Assembly: GCF_000146505.1 (NCBI RefSeq)
Contig: NC_017448.1
Coordinates: forward strand, 2,490,001 to 2,522,000
DNA: 32,000 bases
Reading direction: 5' to 3'
Source: Fibrobacter succinogenes subsp. succinogenes S85
GTDB lineage: Bacteria; Fibrobacterota; Fibrobacteria; Fibrobacterales; Fibrobacteraceae
A program made the position numbers and the translations under genes. Under the pieces are notes generated by a model. The model made no database searches. It saw nothing but the letters and a program-made list of their open reading frames with translations, and was not told the DNA's origin. This document shows positions 29,596 through 32,000 of this stretch, one piece after another. The first letter of the stretch is position 1, and every line of letters starts with the position of its first letter.

Positions 29596-31116
29596 ATGAA
29601 CATCTCTCTAAAAAACATTTCCTTTTCTTACTCTGATTCCCTTGACGATGCGATTCTCAAAAACTTGAATCTGGAAATTCGTTCGGGCGAATGCGTTGTG
29701 CTGGCGGGTGAATCGGGCTGCGGAAAGACGACGATTTCAAAGCTCATTAACGGTTTGATTCCGCATTACCATTCGGGAACGATGGATGGCGATGTGTTGC
29801 TCGGTGGCAAGAATACCTCCGATATGACACTAGCCGAAATTTCACGAGTTGTGGGTTCCGTTTTTCAGAATCCGCGTTCGCAATTTTTCAACATCGATAC
29901 GGATTGCGAACTTGCTTTTGGCTGCGAAAATTTGGGAATCGATCCCGAAGAAATCAAACAACGCGTGGAGAATGTTGTTCAGGAATTTCATTTAGAGCAT
30001 TTGCTTGGCCGTAGCATCTTTAACCTTTCGGGCGGCGAAAAACAGAAAATTGCGTGCGCATCTGTTTCGGCAACGGGCCCTGAAATTTTTGTGCTGGATG
30101 AACCTTCTGCGAATCTGGATCTCAAGACGATTGCGGATTTGAAGGAAATTGTTTCGCGATGGAAAAAGGCGGGGAAGACGGTCGTTATCGTGGAGCATCG
30201 CCTTTACTATTTGCGTGATGTCGCCGATAGAATTTGCTATGTGAAGGATGGGCAAATTGCAGAAGAGTGGATGCCTGCGGAACTCGAAGCGAAAGGCCCG
30301 GAATATGCGGCAAGCCTCGGACTCCGATGCATGAATCTGGAAATGTTGAATTCAGTCTGTCATCCTGGAGCCGAAGGCGATAGGATCCATTATCTCTCGT
30401 GTTCACAATTGCGACGGGATTACCAGCCTTGTGACGTCATTGCGAGCGAAGCGAAGCAATCCATAGCGAAATCCATTGTCTTTACGAACCTGACATTTGC
30501 GTATCACAAAAAGCATCCAATTCTCGATATTGACCGTCTTGAACTCCCATGTGGACAAATTACGGCACTGGTTGGCCATAATGGTGCGGGCAAATCGACG
30601 CTTGCCCAAGTGCTGTGCGGCTTGCAGGGGAGCTGGCATCAAAAGCGTGCAGCACGCAAACGCGGCGCATACCTAATTATGCAAGACGTGAACCACCAGC
30701 TTTTCACTGAAAGCGTTCTGGACGAAGTCCTGCTCGGCATGAAACCGCAAAATGAGAACTTGGCGCTTGAAATTCTTGAAGGGCTCAATCTCAAGCAATA
30801 TGCGGACAATCATCCGATGACACTTTCGGGCGGGCAAAAACAGCGTGTCGCTGTAGCGAGCGGAATTTCAAGCGGCTGCGAAATTGTTGTTTTCGATGAA
30901 CCGACAAGTGGCCTTGATTATAGGCAAATGCTTGCTGTTTCTGCAACGCTTAAAAAACTTGCTGCAAACGGAAAAACTTTGCTCGTAATTACCCATGACC
31001 CTGAATTTATTTTGAATAGTTGTCAATCTGTGATTCGCATGGAACGCGGGAAAATCGTGGAACAGTATCCGCTGTTAGGGAATGAAAAACAGCTTGTCAA
31101 GGCGATGGTGGAATGA
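29596..31116 (+). CDS. Fused double ABC ATPase of an ECF transporter (EcfA1-EcfA2-like)
   Basis: Two complete ABC cassettes. Cassette 1: GESGCGKTT, LSGGEKQKIA, FVLDEPSANLD. Cassette 2: GHNGAGKST, LSGGQKQRVA, VVFDEPTSGLD. The linker between them contains two hairpin repeats. Confidence 0.9.
   Translation: MNISLKNISFSYSDSLDDAILKNLNLEIRSGECVVLAGESGCGKTTISKLINGLIPHYHSGTMDGDVLLGGKNTSDMTLAEISRVVGSVFQNPRSQFFNIDTDCELAFGCENLGIDPEEIKQRVENVVQEFHLEHLLGRSIFNLSGGEKQKIACASVSATGPEIFVLDEPSANLDLKTIADLKEIVSRWKKAGKTVVIVEHRLYYLRDVADRICYVKDGQIAEEWMPAELEAKGPEYAASLGLRCMNLEMLNSVCHPGAEGDRIHYLSCSQLRRDYQPCDVIASEAKQSIAKSIVFTNLTFAYHKKHPILDIDRLELPCGQITALVGHNGAGKSTLAQVLCGLQGSWHQKRAARKRGAYLIMQDVNHQLFTESVLDEVLLGMKPQNENLALEILEGLNLKQYADNHPMTLSGGQKQRVAVASGISSGCEIVVFDEPTSGLDYRQMLAVSATLKKLAANGKTLLVITHDPEFILNSCQSVIRMERGKIVEQYPLLGNEKQLVKAMVE
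30359..30462. repeat. Two GTCAT-anchored hairpin repeats embedded in frame in the inter-cassette linker
   Basis: GTCATCCTGGAGCCGAAGGCGATAGGATCC (30359-30388) encodes CHPGAEGDRIH. GTCATTGCGAGCGAAGCGAAGCAATCC (30436-30462) encodes VIASEAKQS. Confidence 0.75.
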
Positions 31117-31198
31117 GAAACGGATGCCGAGTTTTCGACATCCGATTTAGCGTGAATGCGTAATGTTCTTTTATCGCGCCGCCCTACACCCAATATTT

Positions 31199-32000
31199 TT
31201 ATTTCTTGAAATACACCGTATTCACAATGTGTCCTTGAATCTTTCTACGTACAACATAGTGCCCTTGCGGAAGTTCTCGTATGCTGATGCCCAAATAATG
31301 ACCGTTCATGTCAAAAATCCCAACGGTGGTTGCGGTCCCGGCCGTGCGTGGCATGGTTACGATACTGGTGGTACTTGTGTCAGGCTTGATAATTGCTGTG
31401 TACTTGTCCCAGCCAGGCATGTCTTCGAGGGTGATAATGCGTTCGTCATTCATGTTGCTCTTCCAAACGCCATCTTTTGTTTGGCCGGGCCAAGTTCCGC
31501 TCCAGGTGCTGTACCACGGCATCCACCAACTCCATACTGCTTCGTCGGTATGCATGTTGTTCACATCGGGAATGGGACCGTTTTCGCTGAGTGCGATAAT
31601 TTTCGTGCTTTTCGATGCGTTTTTGAATTTGTCAAAGGCGCTTGCGTTACTGGAATGGTCGTTTGCGCTATTGTAGATGTCGATGGAGAGTACATCGTAG
31701 TATTCGCTACCCGGATCCCAAGAGTTTACGGTACTTCCTTCAGGGTTATAGACCCAAATCATGTTTCTTACACCCTTGATTTTGACCATGCGGTCATAGA
31801 CGAGGCGATAGAGGGCTGCAAACTGTTCTCCGGAATTGATACTCCACCAGAACCACTTTCCGCCAGCTTCATGCAAGGGGCGAAAGATTCCCGCTACACC
31901 TTCTTTCTGCAATTCAAGGAAGTAATCGGCGATGTGGTCAATGTCGGCTACGATTCCTTTGTAAGCAGCACTTTCGGTATTCCATTCGGTGGTGCCTGGC
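31199..32000 (-). CDS. GH26-family glycoside hydrolase (beta-mannanase-like) with a T9SS-type C-terminal sorting domain, 5-prime partial
   Basis: FRPLHEAGGKWFWW matches the GH26 acid/base motif (RP.HE..G.WFWW). ALSENG is the candidate nucleophile region. The C-terminal IFDMNGHYLGISIRELPQGHYVVRRK resembles T9SS C-terminal domains. The frame stays open upstream of the track TTG start through 31999, so the gene continues beyond the window. Confidence 0.75.
   Translation of the reverse strand, partial: PGTTEWNTESAAYKGIVADIDHIADYFLELQKEGVAGIFRPLHEAGGKWFWWSINSGEQFAALYRLVYDRMVKIKGVRNMIWVYNPEGSTVNSWDPGSEYYDVLSIDIYNSANDHSSNASAFDKFKNASKSTKIIALSENGPIPDVNNMHTDEAVWSWWMPWYSTWSGTWPGQTKDGVWKSNMNDERIITLEDMPGWDKYTAIIKPDTSTTSIVTMPRTAGTATTVGIFDMNGHYLGISIRELPQGHYVVRRKIQGHIVNTVYFKK

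Noticed and set aside
21073-30462. GTCAT hairpin repeats as a CRISPR array
   Set aside because: The copies are dispersed over 9 kb, have four different stem sequences and mixed orientations, and lack regular spacer lengths. No cas genes are present.
31121-31146. Hairpin CGGATG...CATCCG after the ECF ATPase as a terminator
   Set aside because: It has only a 6-bp stem with a 12-nt loop and no T-run, which is too weak to call.

Overview
The window looks like a Fibrobacter-type chromosome. This is my inference from a family of GTCAT-anchored hairpin repeats and a GH26 enzyme with a T9SS-like C-terminal tail. It has two parts.

(1) An AT-rich island of about 13.5 kb lies at about 1320-14810. Hand-counted sample lines give 18/60 and 19/60 G+C inside the island, versus 30/60 and 40/60 outside. 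It forms one tightly packed plus-strand operon. The first four genes read as an SspD-SspB-SspC-SspA single-strand DNA phosphorothioation module: PAPS-reductase/PP-loop protein, DUF4007, DUF499-like giant ATPase and class-V cysteine desulfurase. Translationally coupled to them is a second module that I cannot assign to a described PT-dependent restriction system. It comprises a PLD(HKD)-SF2 helicase fusion, an overlapping 55-aa micro-ORF, an SMC/DndD-like ATPase split in two by a frameshift at an A6 run, a 175-aa protein, and a terminal RpoD-like sigma factor whose -10-recognition residues are replaced. This is the most interesting candidate for a new system.

(2) The flanking core genome is about 50% GC and rich in metal homeostasis genes:
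- a partial Rpn/PD-(D/E)XK nuclease;
- a DtxR-family regulator with feoA, a long feoB and a porin;
- a DUF3793 protein with flavodoxin;
- a small protein with a P1B-type ATPase carrying an SCA motif;
- a class-II Fic protein;
- an MMPL/RND exporter;
- an MptD-type ECF transporter (S, T and fused A-A components);
- a partial GH26 mannanase.

Recurrent TTAG-N-CTAA boxes sit upstream of three of the metal-related operons. REP-like GTCAT hairpin elements occupy intergenic junctions and are even read through in frame inside the ECF genes. I saw no rRNA, tRNA, CRISPR array, integrase or methyltransferase.
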